Notes under the pieces: model-generated
Databases searched by the model: none
What the model saw: only the letters and a program-made list of their open reading frames with translations
What the model was told of the DNA's origin: nothing
Position numbers and translations under genes: made by a program
Shown: positions 46,161-56,490 of the stretch, one piece after another
Layout of the letters: each line of letters opens with the position of its first letter
Numbering within the stretch: position 1 is the stretch's first letter
From: Flammeovirgaceae bacterium UBA5585
GTDB lineage: Bacteria; Bacteroidota; Bacteroidia; Cytophagales; Cyclobacteriaceae
Length of the DNA stretch: 64,000 bases
Reading direction: 5' to 3'
Assembly: GCA_002425185.1 (NCBI GenBank)
Contig: DILT01000013.1
Coordinates: 386,865 to 450,864 of the forward strand

Positions 46161-46168
46161 CAAATATA
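46161..46168 (-). promoter_or_regulatory. Bacteroidota -7 box (TAtaTTTG) for rpsU
   Basis: The minus strand reads tatatttg, 19 nt upstream of the rpsU ATG. Confidence 0.45.
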
Positions 46169-46195
46169 ACGAAAGGGAAGTCATTTTTGCAAAAT

Positions 46196-47365
46196 TCACT
46201 TTAAAACGGCCCTGGAAATAACCAGTTTTTGGATTTCGGAGGTTCCTTCTCCAATGGTGCATAACTTGGCGTCTCTATAGTACTTTTCTGCGGGAAAGTC
46301 TTTTGTGTAGCCATATCCTCCAAAAATCTGTACGCCCTCATTCGCTATTTCCACAGCTATTTCAGAAGCATATAGCTTTGCCATGGCTGATTCCTTGTTT
46401 ACGTTTATGCCTTTGTTTTTAAGATCTGCCGCGCGATATGTCAACAATTTGGCTGCCTCTATTTTGGTGGCCATATCGGCCAATTTAAAGGCAATACCCT
46501 GAAATGTTGATATCGGCTTATTGAATTGATGTCTTTCTTTGGAGTACTGCAGGGCAGCTTCAAAAGCACCTTGTGCGATTCCCAGGCTTAGTGCGGCAAT
46601 CGAGATTCTTCCACCATCCAGTACCTTCATGGCCTGGATAAAACCCTCACCAATTTTCCCCAGCATTTGGGATTTGTGAATTCGGCAATCGGAAAAAATG
46701 AGCTCAGCAGTTTCTGAAGCCCGCATGCCTAATTTGTTTTCTTTTTTGCCGGAGGTAAACCCCGGTGTTCCCTTTTCGATAACAAAAGCAGTCATACCAT
46801 GCGAATCACCCACGTCACCGGTACGCACAATAACCACTGAAATGTCTCCTGATTTGCCGTGGGTTATGAAATTTTTTGCCCCGTTAATCACATAGTGATC
46901 ACCGTCTTCAATGGCAACAGTGCGCATATTTCCTGCATCGGAACCTGTGTTCGGTTCGGTAAGGCCCCACGCACCAATCCATTCGGCCGTGGCTAACCGG
47001 GGAAGGTATTTTTGTTTCTGTTCTTCATTGCCAAACTGGAGGATATGATTGGTGCACAATGAATTGTGCGCGGCCATGGACAGTCCAATTGATCCATCAA
47101 TTTTAGCCAGTTCGGCTATGGCGGTAACGTATTCCAGGTATCCAAACCCTGCACCACCATACTGTTCAGGCACGAGTACACCCATTAAGCCAAGCTTGCC
47201 CATTTTTTTAAACATCTGGATCGGAAACTCTTGTGATTCATCCCAATCCATCATAAAGGGTTTAATTTCACGGGCACCAAAATCGCGCACCATTTGTGCT
47301 ATCATTCGTTGGTTTTCACTTTCCTCAAATGTGATATCGGTGGCATTATCGGCTAATACATTCAT
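46196..47365 (-). CDS. acyl-CoA dehydrogenase
   Basis: 389 aa with motifs GLTEPNTGSD, GGYGYTKDFPAEKYYRDAK and IGEGTSEIQ. Confidence 0.92.
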   Translation of the reverse strand: MNVLADNATDITFEESENQRMIAQMVRDFGAREIKPFMMDWDESQEFPIQMFKKMGKLGLMGVLVPEQYGGAGFGYLEYVTAIAELAKIDGSIGLSMAAHNSLCTNHILQFGNEEQKQKYLPRLATAEWIGAWGLTEPNTGSDAGNMRTVAIEDGDHYVINGAKNFITHGKSGDISVVIVRTGDVGDSHGMTAFVIEKGTPGFTSGKKENKLGMRASETAELIFSDCRIHKSQMLGKIGEGFIQAMKVLDGGRISIAALSLGIAQGAFEAALQYSKERHQFNKPISTFQGIAFKLADMATKIEAAKLLTYRAADLKNKGINVNKESAMAKLYASEIAVEIANEGVQIFGGYGYTKDFPAEKYYRDAKLCTIGEGTSEIQKLVISRAVLK

Positions 47366-47480
47366 AGTTCTTTTTAGTATTTGGGGTTACGAAGGTAGGT
47401 CATTTAACGCAATACCCAAACGAATGTTAGTTTGTTAAGGTTAAATCTGCGTTATCACCTGTTTTAGATGGTAAAACGAT

Positions 47481-47488
47481 TATTTTTG
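47481..47488 (+). promoter_or_regulatory. Bacteroidota -7 box (TAttTTTG) for ugd-rfbB-rfbA
   Basis: tatttttg lies 23 nt upstream of the ugd ATG. Confidence 0.45.
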
Positions 47489-47511
47489 GGGTCTTTTTTA
47501 AAGGACCTTAT

Positions 47512-48825
47512 ATGAAAATTACTGTAGTTGGTACTGGTTATGTTGGTTTGGTAAGCGGTACTTGCTTTGCTGAAACAGGCAACACCGTAACCTGTGTAGA
47601 TATTGATGCTGAGAAAGTTAATAAGCTTAGAGGAGGCAAACTGACCATTTTTGAGCCGGGGCTTGAATTGATTTTTGAACGGAATGTCAAGGAAGGCCGA
47701 CTGTTTTTTACAACTGATTTGCGTGAAGGAATTCGGGATGCCCAGGTAATTATGCTTGCGTTACCTACCCCCCCGGGGGCAGATGGTGCAGCAGATTTAC
47801 AATATGTGCTTCGGGTGGCCGAACAACTCGGTCCTATGCTTGAAAAATATACGGTGATTGTAAATAAGAGTACAGTACCGGTAGGGACGGCCCACAAAGT
47901 ACACGCAAAGGTTTCTGAGGGAGCAAAAGTTGAGTTTGATGTAGTCTCTAATCCTGAATTTTTACGTGAAGGTTTAGCGGTTGAAGATTTTATGAAACCC
48001 GAGCGTGTCGTTATCGGAACACGGTCGCCTCGCGCTCAAAAAATAATGGAGACGCTCTATGCACCATTTGTTATGCAGGGTAACCCGGTGATTGTTATGG
48101 ATGAACCTTCCGCTGAGTTAACCAAGTATGCGGCTAATGCTTTTCTGGCCACCAAGATTACCTTCATGAACGAGATTGCAAACATGTGCGAATTGCTGGG
48201 TGCCGATGTGGATTTGGTGCGTAAAGGGATGGGCACCGATAGCCGAATCGGCAAGCGATTTTTATTTGCGGGTATTGGTTATGGGGGCAGTTGCTTTCCA
48301 AAGGATGTTCAGGCACTTTCTCAATCGGCACAGCAGGTGAAGTACGACTTTAAAATTCTGGATGCGGTGATGAACGTAAACGAGCATCAAAAAACAAAGA
48401 TGATCGAGCGGATGAAAGAGCATTTCAAAGAAGGGTTGAAGGGGAAAAAAATTGCCGTATGGGGATTAGCTTTCAAGCCTCAAACAGATGACATTCGTGA
48501 GGCGCCATCGTTATTAAACATTCAGGAGTTGCTGGCCCTTGGCGCATCCGTTCATGTACATGATCCGGAAGCGATAGAAAATGTTCGCAAGCAGTTGGGC
48601 GATAAAATAACATACCACACAAATTCGTACGAGGCCCTTAAGGATGCCGATGCGTTATTGATTGCAACCGAGTGGCCGGAATACCGCACCCCTGACTATG
48701 AAAAAATGGCCAGGCTTATGAAGACGAAAGCCATTTTCGATGGCAGAAACATTTACGACCTCTCAACTATTCGTGAACTTGGGTTCAATTATTACAGTAT
48801 CGGACGTGAAATCGTAAAAAACTAA
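47512..48825 (+). CDS. ugd: UDP-glucose 6-dehydrogenase
   Basis: 437 aa with a Rossmann motif (VVGTGYVGLVSG) and the catalytic Cys region (GYGGSCFPKD). Confidence 0.9.
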   Translation: MKITVVGTGYVGLVSGTCFAETGNTVTCVDIDAEKVNKLRGGKLTIFEPGLELIFERNVKEGRLFFTTDLREGIRDAQVIMLALPTPPGADGAADLQYVLRVAEQLGPMLEKYTVIVNKSTVPVGTAHKVHAKVSEGAKVEFDVVSNPEFLREGLAVEDFMKPERVVIGTRSPRAQKIMETLYAPFVMQGNPVIVMDEPSAELTKYAANAFLATKITFMNEIANMCELLGADVDLVRKGMGTDSRIGKRFLFAGIGYGGSCFPKDVQALSQSAQQVKYDFKILDAVMNVNEHQKTKMIERMKEHFKEGLKGKKIAVWGLAFKPQTDDIREAPSLLNIQELLALGASVHVHDPEAIENVRKQLGDKITYHTNSYEALKDADALLIATEWPEYRTPDYEKMARLMKTKAIFDGRNIYDLSTIRELGFNYYSIGREIVKN

Positions 48826-48829
48826 TACT

Positions 48830-49888
48830 TTGGCAGACAAGAAAAATATTCTGATCACCGGTGGAGCGGGCTTTATCGGATCGCATGTGGTGAGGCTTTT
48901 TGTCAAAAAATACCCCCAGTACCGTGTGCTTAATCTGGATAGCCTGACGTATGCCGGAAATCTGGAGAACTTGCGTGATGTGGAGCATGAGCCGAACTAC
49001 AAATTCATTAAGGGCAATATTCTTGATCTTGAATTACTGAACGCAATTTTTTCAGAATACCCTGTTCAGGGTGTAATTCACCTGGCGGCCGAATCGCATG
49101 TCGATCGTTCCATTCATAATCCGGATGAGTTTGCCATGACCAATATTATCGGAACTATTCGGTTGTTGAAAGCTGCCCACTCGGCATGGCATGGAAAGAT
49201 GAATGGAAAAATGTTCTACCATATTTCTACGGATGAAGTATATGGATCTATTAATGATGGGTACTTCACAGAAGAAACTCCCATTGATCCGCGCTCTCCT
49301 TATTCGGCATCAAAAGCAAGCAGCGATCATTTTGTACAAGCATTTGGCAACAGCTATGGGTTACCAACCCTTATTAGTCGTTGTTCTAATAATTATGGCC
49401 CGTATCAGTTTCCGGAAAAGTTAATTCCGCTCATGATTAACAACATGGTGCAAGGCAAGCCACTGCCGGTGTATGGAAAGGGAGAGAACATCCGCGATTG
49501 GCTTTTTGTGGAAGATCATGCCAGCGCCATTGATGCTATTTTTCATAAAGGAAAAACCGGTGAAGTTTATAATATCGGTGGTAATAACGAATGGAAAAAT
49601 ATCGACCTGGTAAAATTGCTTTGCGGTATTGTGGATCGACAACTCGGACGCGAAGAGGGTACTGCAATGAAACTTATTACTTATGTAACCGACCGTCCTG
49701 GTCATGATTTGCGGTATGCCATTGACGCATCAAAAGTTATTAGTGAAACAGGCTGGCGCCCCGAAACCGACTTTACGCAAGGGCTGGAAAAAACGGTGAG
49801 CTGGTACCTGAGTAACCAAGAATGGCTAAACCATGTAACCTCAGGCGAGTACCTGAAGTATTACGATAAAATGTATGTAAATCGCTGA
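48830..49888 (+). CDS. rfbB: dTDP-glucose 4,6-dehydratase
   Basis: 352 aa with motifs ITGGAGFIGSH and YSASKASSDH. TTG start. Confidence 0.93.
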   Translation: MADKKNILITGGAGFIGSHVVRLFVKKYPQYRVLNLDSLTYAGNLENLRDVEHEPNYKFIKGNILDLELLNAIFSEYPVQGVIHLAAESHVDRSIHNPDEFAMTNIIGTIRLLKAAHSAWHGKMNGKMFYHISTDEVYGSINDGYFTEETPIDPRSPYSASKASSDHFVQAFGNSYGLPTLISRCSNNYGPYQFPEKLIPLMINNMVQGKPLPVYGKGENIRDWLFVEDHASAIDAIFHKGKTGEVYNIGGNNEWKNIDLVKLLCGIVDRQLGREEGTAMKLITYVTDRPGHDLRYAIDASKVISETGWRPETDFTQGLEKTVSWYLSNQEWLNHVTSGEYLKYYDKMYVNR

Positions 49889-49906
49889 TAATCAAATTCA
49901 TATAAC

Positions 49907-50764
49907 ATGAAAGGCATCATATTGGCAGGCGGATCGGGCACACGGTTGCACCCCCTCACCTTAGCGGTAAGCAAGCAGTTAATGCCGCTGTATGATAAGC
50001 CCATGATATATTATCCGCTATCTGTTTTAATGATGGCAGGCATTCGGGAAATTCTTATTATCTCCACACCTCATGACTTGCCCATGTTTAAAAAACTGTT
50101 GGGCGATGGAAAGCAATTAGGATGTTCATTTTCGTATGCCGAACAGCCCCGACCAGAAGGACTAGCACAAGCCTTTATCATTGGTGAAGAGTTTATTGGA
50201 ACTGATAGTGTGGCCTTGATTTTGGGTGATAACATTTTTTACGGAAGTGGTTTTGCCAAACTAGTACAGTCGTGTGTTGATCCTGCAGGAGGCATTGTGT
50301 TTGCCTACCATGTGAATGATCCGGAGCGTTATGGTGTTGTTGAATTTGATGATCAGATGAATGCCATCTCTATCGAAGAGAAACCAAGTCATCCAAAATC
50401 AAACTATGCCGTACCGGGTTTATATTTTTATGACAATGAGGTGGTGACCATTGCTAAAAATATCAAGCCGAGTCCGCGGGGTGAATTGGAGATTACCGAT
50501 GTAAACAATACTTATCTTAAACGAGGTAAACTTAAAGTGGCGGTAATGAATCGCGGCACCGCATGGCTTGACACCGGTACCTTTGATTCGCTGATGCAGG
50601 CGTCAACTTTTGTTCAGGTGATTGAGCAACGCCAGGGATTAAAGGTAGGCTGCATTGAGGAGATTGCTTACCGCATGAAGTTCATTACTCGCGAGCAACT
50701 TTTAGCACTGGCAAAACCCCTGGAGAAAAGTGGCTACGGTGAATACCTGAAAAAACTGGTTTGA
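49907..50764 (+). CDS. rfbA: glucose-1-phosphate thymidylyltransferase
   Basis: 285 aa with motifs [16 protein letters not shown] and LGDNIFYG. Confidence 0.95.
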   Translation: MKGIILAGGSGTRLHPLTLAVSKQLMPLYDKPMIYYPLSVLMMAGIREILIISTPHDLPMFKKLLGDGKQLGCSFSYAEQPRPEGLAQAFIIGEEFIGTDSVALILGDNIFYGSGFAKLVQSCVDPAGGIVFAYHVNDPERYGVVEFDDQMNAISIEEKPSHPKSNYAVPGLYFYDNEVVTIAKNIKPSPRGELEITDVNNTYLKRGKLKVAVMNRGTAWLDTGTFDSLMQASTFVQVIEQRQGLKVGCIEEIAYRMKFITREQLLALAKPLEKSGYGEYLKKLV

Positions 50765-50766
50765 TT

Positions 50767-51789
50767 CTATTCGTTGTAAATAACTTGTAATAACGTTCTT
50801 CCTACAGCCTCAAGCGTTTCGCTGCTAATATTATCCATGTTGTCTTTTCGGCTGTGGTGAAAGTCACCAAAGAATCCTTCTGCGGCATCATAATGCACAA
50901 TGTTGATCGTAGGAATTTTAGCGTACTCATTAACAAAGATGTGATCATCAGTTATGGCTCCTTCTTTTTTATTCAGAAAGATATGGCCGTAGCCTAACCG
51001 GTTGGCGGCTTTCCAAACCTTGTCAACTATTCCGGGAGCATACTCCACCGATGCACCCTCACGAACAAATTGTGCATGTTTGCCACCCACCATGTCAAGC
51101 AGAATGCCATAGTAAGCTGAGTAATTGGGCTTGTGCTTATTCTTCGACCAGTATTGCGAACCCAGGCACCACCATGAGTCCAGATTTTTTGGAAGTTTAT
51201 AGTCGGTATTAGTGCCATAAAGTCTTTCAGCCGTTGAGGTATCAAATCCCCAATCTTCACCGTCAAATAAAATTATATCTACACCCACCTCGGGCAATCC
51301 ATTTTCATAAAACACCCGGGCAATTTCAAGTAATACGCCAACGCCACTGGCGCCATCATTAGCGCCATCAAAATAGGCTTTTGGATTTTGAGGATCTTTA
51401 TCGGCAAAGGGCCGTGTATCCCAATGGGCAGCGAGTAATATTCGTTTGGTTTTATCCGGATTAAAGGAGACGATAATGTTTCGCAGGAAAAGTTTTTGAT
51501 TGTCATAGGTGGTGGCTTCAAAATCCTGAACAGTAACATGGGCACCAAAGGATTTGAATTGTTCAATGAAATAATCACCGGCTTTTTTGTGGGCAGAAGT
51601 ATTGGGAATACGCGGGCCAAAATCCACCTGTTTCTTAACAAAATGATAGGCTGAATCGGGATTAAAAACCGGAACAACGATTGTTTTGGCCGGCAATTCT
51701 GGCCCCTGCGTAACGTGCTTCTCCTTATCACCGGAGCAGGAATACAGTATTATAAGGACAGGAAAGATGAAATAGAAAGCGGTTCTCAT
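50767..51789 (-). CDS. M28 family metallopeptidase-fold lipoprotein, glutaminyl cyclase-like
   Basis: 340 aa with a lipobox (VLIILYSCSG) and metal-site motifs AAHWDTRPFAD, GANDGASGVGVLLE and FDGEDWG. Confidence 0.7.
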   Translation of the reverse strand: MRTAFYFIFPVLIILYSCSGDKEKHVTQGPELPAKTIVVPVFNPDSAYHFVKKQVDFGPRIPNTSAHKKAGDYFIEQFKSFGAHVTVQDFEATTYDNQKLFLRNIIVSFNPDKTKRILLAAHWDTRPFADKDPQNPKAYFDGANDGASGVGVLLEIARVFYENGLPEVGVDIILFDGEDWGFDTSTAERLYGTNTDYKLPKNLDSWWCLGSQYWSKNKHKPNYSAYYGILLDMVGGKHAQFVREGASVEYAPGIVDKVWKAANRLGYGHIFLNKKEGAITDDHIFVNEYAKIPTINIVHYDAAEGFFGDFHHSRKDNMDNISSETLEAVGRTLLQVIYNE

Positions 51790-51853
51790 AAGCGTTCAAA
51801 GTAAAACAAAAATCAACGGATAGAATTCCATCCTATCGGCTTTTACAGCATTA

Positions 51854-51885
51854 TTTGGCGATCAATTATAAATCCTATACATTTG
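51854..51885 (+). promoter_or_regulatory. promoter of rimP-nusA-infB (TTTG N20 TAcaTTTG)
   Basis: A -33-like TTTG at 51854-51857 and the -7 box tacatttg at 51878-51885 are separated by a 20-nt spacer. Confidence 0.5.
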
Positions 51886-51908
51886 CATCGAAATATGATC
51901 AACTAGAC

Positions 51909-51940
51909 GAGGGGACACAAAAGTCCCCTCTTTGTTTTAT
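51909..51940 (+). terminator. intrinsic terminator / attenuator in the rimP-nusA-infB leader
   Basis: A perfect 8-bp GC-rich stem (GAGGGGAC / GTCCCCTC) with a 6-nt loop (acaaaa) is followed by TTTGTTTTAT. It ends 7 nt before the rimP ATG. Confidence 0.6.
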
Positions 51941-51947
51941 CGGTTTT

Positions 51948-52412
51948 ATGGAATTAACGGAACGCATTCAAAAACTGGCGGAAAGGCATCTGAAGGATGA
52001 ATCCCAGTTTATCGTTGAGGTGATTGCTTCCATTCGTAAAAAGCCTAATAAGTTGATCGTAATTATTGACGGGGATAAGGGCATAACCATTGACGATTGC
52101 GCTGAGCTAAGCCGGGCCCTTTCGGCAGCGTTGGACGAAGACAAATTGTTAACGGATCCCTACATGCTGGAGGTATCTACCCCCGGGCTGGATCATCCGC
52201 TAAAGCTTACCCGTCAATATGTTAAGAATAAAGGGCGTACCGTGAAGGTGAAAACTTCAAATGAAGTGCTCCAGGGGAAATTGCTGGAGGTAACGCCTCA
52301 AACGATCATGCTTGAGGTAACAACCGGTACTGGAAAAAAGAAAGAAGTGAAGGAAGTAAGCATTCCTTTTTCTGATATAGAAAAAACGTTTGTAATGGTT
52401 TCATTTAAATAA
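51948..52412 (+). CDS. rimP: ribosome maturation factor RimP
   Basis: I prefer the ATG at 51948 (MELTERIQKLAE). Motif LEVSTPGLDHPL is present. The upstream part of track ORF 51855.. holds a promoter and a terminator hairpin, not coding sequence. Confidence 0.85.
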   Translation: MELTERIQKLAERHLKDESQFIVEVIASIRKKPNKLIVIIDGDKGITIDDCAELSRALSAALDEDKLLTDPYMLEVSTPGLDHPLKLTRQYVKNKGRTVKVKTSNEVLQGKLLEVTPQTIMLEVTTGTGKKKEVKEVSIPFSDIEKTFVMVSFK

Positions 52413-52415
52413 GTT

Positions 52416-53669
52416 ATGACAACGAACGACACAGCCGCAGGCCTCATAGAATCGTTTGCAGAGTTTGCGAAACAGAAAAACATCGATCGTCCCACCATGA
52501 TTCGTATTCTGGAAGATGTATTCCGGAACATGATCCGCAAGAAGTATGAAACGGACGACAACTTTGACATCATTATCAATGCCGACAAAGGCGACCTGGA
52601 AATCTGGCGCTTTCGTGAGATTGTAGATGATGAGTCAGAAGACATCTGGGATCATGACAAAATAAGCTACTCTGAGGCCATTAAAATTGAACCCGATTTT
52701 GAAGTGGGCGAAGAAGTGGCTGAGCAAATTTACCTTGAAGACTTCGGTCGCAGGGCAGTAACTACTGCACGCCAAACCCTTATTCAAAAGGTAAAGGATC
52801 TGGAAAAGGATATTTTATTCCAGAAGTATAAAGATTTGGTAGGCGAAATTATTACCGGTGAGGTTTACCAGATTCTCGGTAAAGAAGTATTATTAATTGA
52901 TGCTGAGGGAAATGAAATTTCTATTCCGCGCAGTGAGCAAATTCAAAAGGACAGGTACCGCAAGGGCGAGAACGTTCGGGCCATCGTACATAAAGTTGAA
53001 ATGGTAAACGGAAATCCGAAAATCATTTTATCGCGTACATCACCTGTATTTTTAGAGCGCCTGTTCGAACAGGAAGTACCCGAAGTTTACGATGGATTAA
53101 TTACCATTAAGAAAGTCGTTCGTGAGCCCGGTGAGCGTGCCAAGGTAGCGGTTGAATCGTACGATGATCGCATCGATCCGGTAGGGGCCTGTGTGGGGAT
53201 GAAAGGATCGCGCATACACGCTATCGTTCGTGAATTACAAAACGAGAACATTGACGTTATCAACTACACAGAGAACCTGGAGTTGTATGTACAACGGGCA
53301 CTAAGCCCTGCGAAGATCTCCAGCATTAAGATCGACAAGGACAGCGGCCGCATTTCAGTTTACCTGAAGCCCGACCAGGTTTCATTAGCCATTGGCAAGG
53401 GCGGACTAAACATTAAGCTGGCCAGCCGCCTGTGCGGTTATGAAATTGATGTGTTCCGCGAACTGGATGGCCAGACCGAAGAAGATGTTGACCTGGATGA
53501 ATTCTCCGATGAAATTGAGAGCTGGGTTATTGATGAGTTGAAGCGCATTGGTTTGGATACCGCTAAAAGCGTGTTAACACTGTCGAAAGAAGAGTTAGTT
53601 AGAAGAACCGATTTAGAAGAAGAAACCATTGAAAACGTGCACGCTGTTCTGCGAAAGGAATTTGAATAA
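52416..53669 (+). CDS. nusA: transcription termination/antitermination factor NusA
   Basis: 417 aa with an N-terminal domain, an S1 domain and two KH domains (IDPVGACVGMKGSRIHAIVREL; AIGKGGLNIKLASRL). Confidence 0.95.
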   Translation: MTTNDTAAGLIESFAEFAKQKNIDRPTMIRILEDVFRNMIRKKYETDDNFDIIINADKGDLEIWRFREIVDDESEDIWDHDKISYSEAIKIEPDFEVGEEVAEQIYLEDFGRRAVTTARQTLIQKVKDLEKDILFQKYKDLVGEIITGEVYQILGKEVLLIDAEGNEISIPRSEQIQKDRYRKGENVRAIVHKVEMVNGNPKIILSRTSPVFLERLFEQEVPEVYDGLITIKKVVREPGERAKVAVESYDDRIDPVGACVGMKGSRIHAIVRELQNENIDVINYTENLELYVQRALSPAKISSIKIDKDSGRISVYLKPDQVSLAIGKGGLNIKLASRLCGYEIDVFRELDGQTEEDVDLDEFSDEIESWVIDELKRIGLDTAKSVLTLSKEELVRRTDLEEETIENVHAVLRKEFE

Positions 53670-53735
53670 TGGTGAATTAACACGCGATTAACGGGAGTAA
53701 CTTTTTAAGTCTTTAAAAAAGAATAATATTTGAAT

Positions 53736-56387
53736 ATGGCAGAAGAAAAATTGATCAGGTTGAGTCAGGCTGCGAGGAAACTCAATGTGGGGCATCATAC
53801 CATATTGGATTACCTGGCAAAGAAGGGGCACGTGGTAGAGAACAACCCTAACGCTAAACTTACGCCCGATCAGTTCGCCATCTTGTCAAAAGAGTTTGCT
53901 GCATCGGCAACCGAAAAAATGGAAGCCAGTGGGTTAACCATTGGGGCTAAACACACAGACAACCTGACCATCGAAAGTGAAAAGGAAATTGCCACCAAGA
54001 AACGGGTAGACGAGGAAGAGAGCATCATGATCAAAAACCTTGGGGCAGCTGAAATTAAAAAGGAGGAAGCCAAGCCCGAGAAAGTTGTGCCGGAAAAGGC
54101 AAAACTGGAAGGCATTAAAGTTGTTGGTAAGATTGAGCTTGAGAAAAAACCAAAACCTGCAAAAGTTGAGGAGGTAGAAGAAGTTGAACCGGTTAAACCG
54201 GAAGAAGTTGTTGCGAAGAAGCCTGACGTTATAGAAAAACCTGAACAAGAAGTTATCAAGGCAAGGGCTGATAAATTGCAGGGCTTGAAAGTTGTTGACA
54301 GGATTGAACTTCCGGCCGAACGGGAAAAGAAAAAGGAACAGCCGGTAGCCTCCTCCAATCCGGCCGATGATGCCAAAAAAGGAAAGCGTCCGCGCAAGCG
54401 GATTATCACCCCGGGAGATAATAAAGGACAACCCCAACGTGGTGGCCGGCCGGTACCGCAACGCCCGCAAAAAGCAGAACCTACCGAAAAAGAAATTCAG
54501 GATCAGATCAAAGCAACGCTTGCCAAGTTAAGTGGTGGCGGAAAGAAAAGTTCAGGCTCAAAGTACAGACGTGAAAAAAGACAAGCGGTGTCCGATGCGC
54601 AAGAGCAACAGATACTTCAAGATCAGGAGGCATCTAAAATATTGCGTGTTACCGAGTTTATCTCAGCCAGCGATCTTGCTTCCCTGATGAACGTATCGGT
54701 GAACGATGTTATCTCTACTTGTTTGAGTTTAGGTATGTTCGTTTCCATCAATCAGCGTTTGGATGCTGAAGCCATAACCGTAATTGCGGATGAATTTGGT
54801 TACGAAGTGCAGTTCACCACCACCGATGAAGAAACAGCAGCGGAAGAAGTGCAGGAAAGAGAAGAGGATCTGAAACCGCGTGCCCCTATTGTAACCATCA
54901 TGGGTCACGTTGACCATGGTAAAACTTCCTTGCTTGATTACATCCGTAAAACAAAAGTTACAGCGTCAGAAGCCGGTGGAATTACACAGCACATTGGTGC
55001 GTACGATGTAACCACCAATACCGGAAACAAAATTGCTTTCCTCGACACACCCGGTCACGAAGCGTTTACCGCTATGCGTGCACGTGGTGCGAAACTTACC
55101 GACATTGCCATTATAGTAGTGGCTGCTGATGATGATGTGATGCCTCAAACCAAGGAGGCCATTAACCACGCCCAGGTGGCAGGAGTACCGATAATCATTG
55201 CCATTAACAAGATTGATAAACCAGCGGCTAATCCGGAGAAGGTTAAGGAATCACTGGCGAAGATTAATATTCTGGTTGAGGATTGGGGAGGAAAGTATCA
55301 GTGTCAGGCAATTTCAGCCAAAACAGGGCAAGGCATTGATGAACTCCTTGAAAAAGTATTGCTGGAAGCCGAACTGTTAAACTTACGGGCCAATCCGGAC
55401 AGACCCGCACTCGGCTCAATCATTGAAGCATCATTGGATAAAGGCCGCGGTTACGTGGCCACCATTATGGTGCAAACCGGTAACCTGAAAATTGGTGATG
55501 TGGTGTTAGCCGGTGCTCACTACGGACGGGTTAAGGCTATGTTTAATGCAACAGGTGGAAGGATTAAAGAGGCTGGTCCGTCTACACCGGTACAAATCTT
55601 AGGATTGGATGGCGCACCGCAAGCCGGTGAAAAATTCCTGGTGATGGAGTCTGATCGGGAGGCACGCGAACTGGCTGCCAAACGCGGACAGATTTTGCGC
55701 GAGCAAAGTATTCGTACCAAAAAGCACATTACACTGGATGAAATCGGAAGACGATTAGCCATTGGTAACTTCAAAGAACTGAACGTGATTGTTAAAGGTG
55801 ATGTGGACGGTTCTGTTGAAGCACTTTCCGATTCGCTATTGAAACTTTCTACGAAGGAAATCCAGGTATCCATTATCCATCGCGGTGTTGGACAGATATC
55901 TGAATCGGATGTGTTGTTGGCTTCGGCTTCCGATGCAGTTATCGTTGGTTTCCAGGTGCGCCCTTCATCGGCCGCGCGCAGGTTGGCAGAGAATGAAGAA
56001 ATTGAAATCCGACTGTATTCGATTATTTACGATGCCATTAACGATGTGAAGGCTGCCATGGAAGGTATGCTGGCACCTGAGCAGGAAGAAGTGATTGTGG
56101 GTAATGCAGAAGTACGCGATGTGTTTAAGATTACCAAAGTGGGCACCGTGGCCGGCTGTATGGTTACCGATGGGTACATTAAACGCAACAACCCGATACG
56201 CCTTATCCGCGATGGTATTGTGGTGTATGCCGGTAAGCTTAACTCACTCAAACGCTTTAAGGACGATGTGGGCGAAGTGAAGTCAGGCTACGACTGCGGT
56301 ATGGGCATTGAAAGCTTTAATGACATCCAGGTTGGTGATGTGATTGAAAGCTACGAAATGCGCGAAGTAAAGCGGACGTTGAGCTAG
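53736..56387 (+). CDS. infB: translation initiation factor IF-2
   Basis: The G domain is present ([24 protein letters not shown]). The N-terminal region is Lys/Glu/Pro-rich. I prefer the ATG at 53736 over the TTG at 53730 in the track. Confidence 0.96.
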   Translation: MAEEKLIRLSQAARKLNVGHHTILDYLAKKGHVVENNPNAKLTPDQFAILSKEFAASATEKMEASGLTIGAKHTDNLTIESEKEIATKKRVDEEESIMIKNLGAAEIKKEEAKPEKVVPEKAKLEGIKVVGKIELEKKPKPAKVEEVEEVEPVKPEEVVAKKPDVIEKPEQEVIKARADKLQGLKVVDRIELPAEREKKKEQPVASSNPADDAKKGKRPRKRIITPGDNKGQPQRGGRPVPQRPQKAEPTEKEIQDQIKATLAKLSGGGKKSSGSKYRREKRQAVSDAQEQQILQDQEASKILRVTEFISASDLASLMNVSVNDVISTCLSLGMFVSINQRLDAEAITVIADEFGYEVQFTTTDEETAAEEVQEREEDLKPRAPIVTIMGHVDHGKTSLLDYIRKTKVTASEAGGITQHIGAYDVTTNTGNKIAFLDTPGHEAFTAMRARGAKLTDIAIIVVAADDDVMPQTKEAINHAQVAGVPIIIAINKIDKPAANPEKVKESLAKINILVEDWGGKYQCQAISAKTGQGIDELLEKVLLEAELLNLRANPDRPALGSIIEASLDKGRGYVATIMVQTGNLKIGDVVLAGAHYGRVKAMFNATGGRIKEAGPSTPVQILGLDGAPQAGEKFLVMESDREARELAAKRGQILREQSIRTKKHITLDEIGRRLAIGNFKELNVIVKGDVDGSVEALSDSLLKLSTKEIQVSIIHRGVGQISESDVLLASASDAVIVGFQVRPSSAARRLAENEEIEIRLYSIIYDAINDVKAAMEGMLAPEQEEVIVGNAEVRDVFKITKVGTVAGCMVTDGYIKRNNPIRLIRDGIVVYAGKLNSLKRFKDDVGEVKSGYDCGMGIESFNDIQVGDVIESYEMREVKRTLS

Positions 56388-56411
56388 TCTGTTAAAGTGA
56401 GAAGATAAAAG

Positions 56412-56440
56412 AAAGCCCCGGTTTAGACTGGGGCTTTTTT
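56412..56440. terminator. bidirectional rho-independent terminator (infB / NTF2-like gene)
   Basis: AAAGCCCCGGT-ttag-ACTGGGGCTTT forms an 11-bp stem including one G-U pair. TTTTTT follows on the plus strand and a T-rich run follows on the minus strand. Confidence 0.85.
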
Positions 56441-56490
56441 ATGAATGTACATGGTGAGGTTCAACACCTTTAAGATGCAGAACCCTTTTC

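Noticed and set aside
51855-51947. N-terminal extension of rimP suggested by the ORF track; similar extensions at 60857-61048, 60879-60974, 28512-28565, 34115-34168, 36344-36388 and 21287-21331
   Set aside because: The extensions contain promoter boxes or terminator hairpins, or make divergent genes overlap. Internal ATGs give canonical N-termini or lipoprotein signal peptides.
53870-54470. Two long antisense ORFs (179 and 178 aa) inside the infB N-terminal region
   Set aside because: They are low-complexity mirror images of the Lys/Glu/Pro-rich IF-2 linker and are entirely contained within a confidently called gene.
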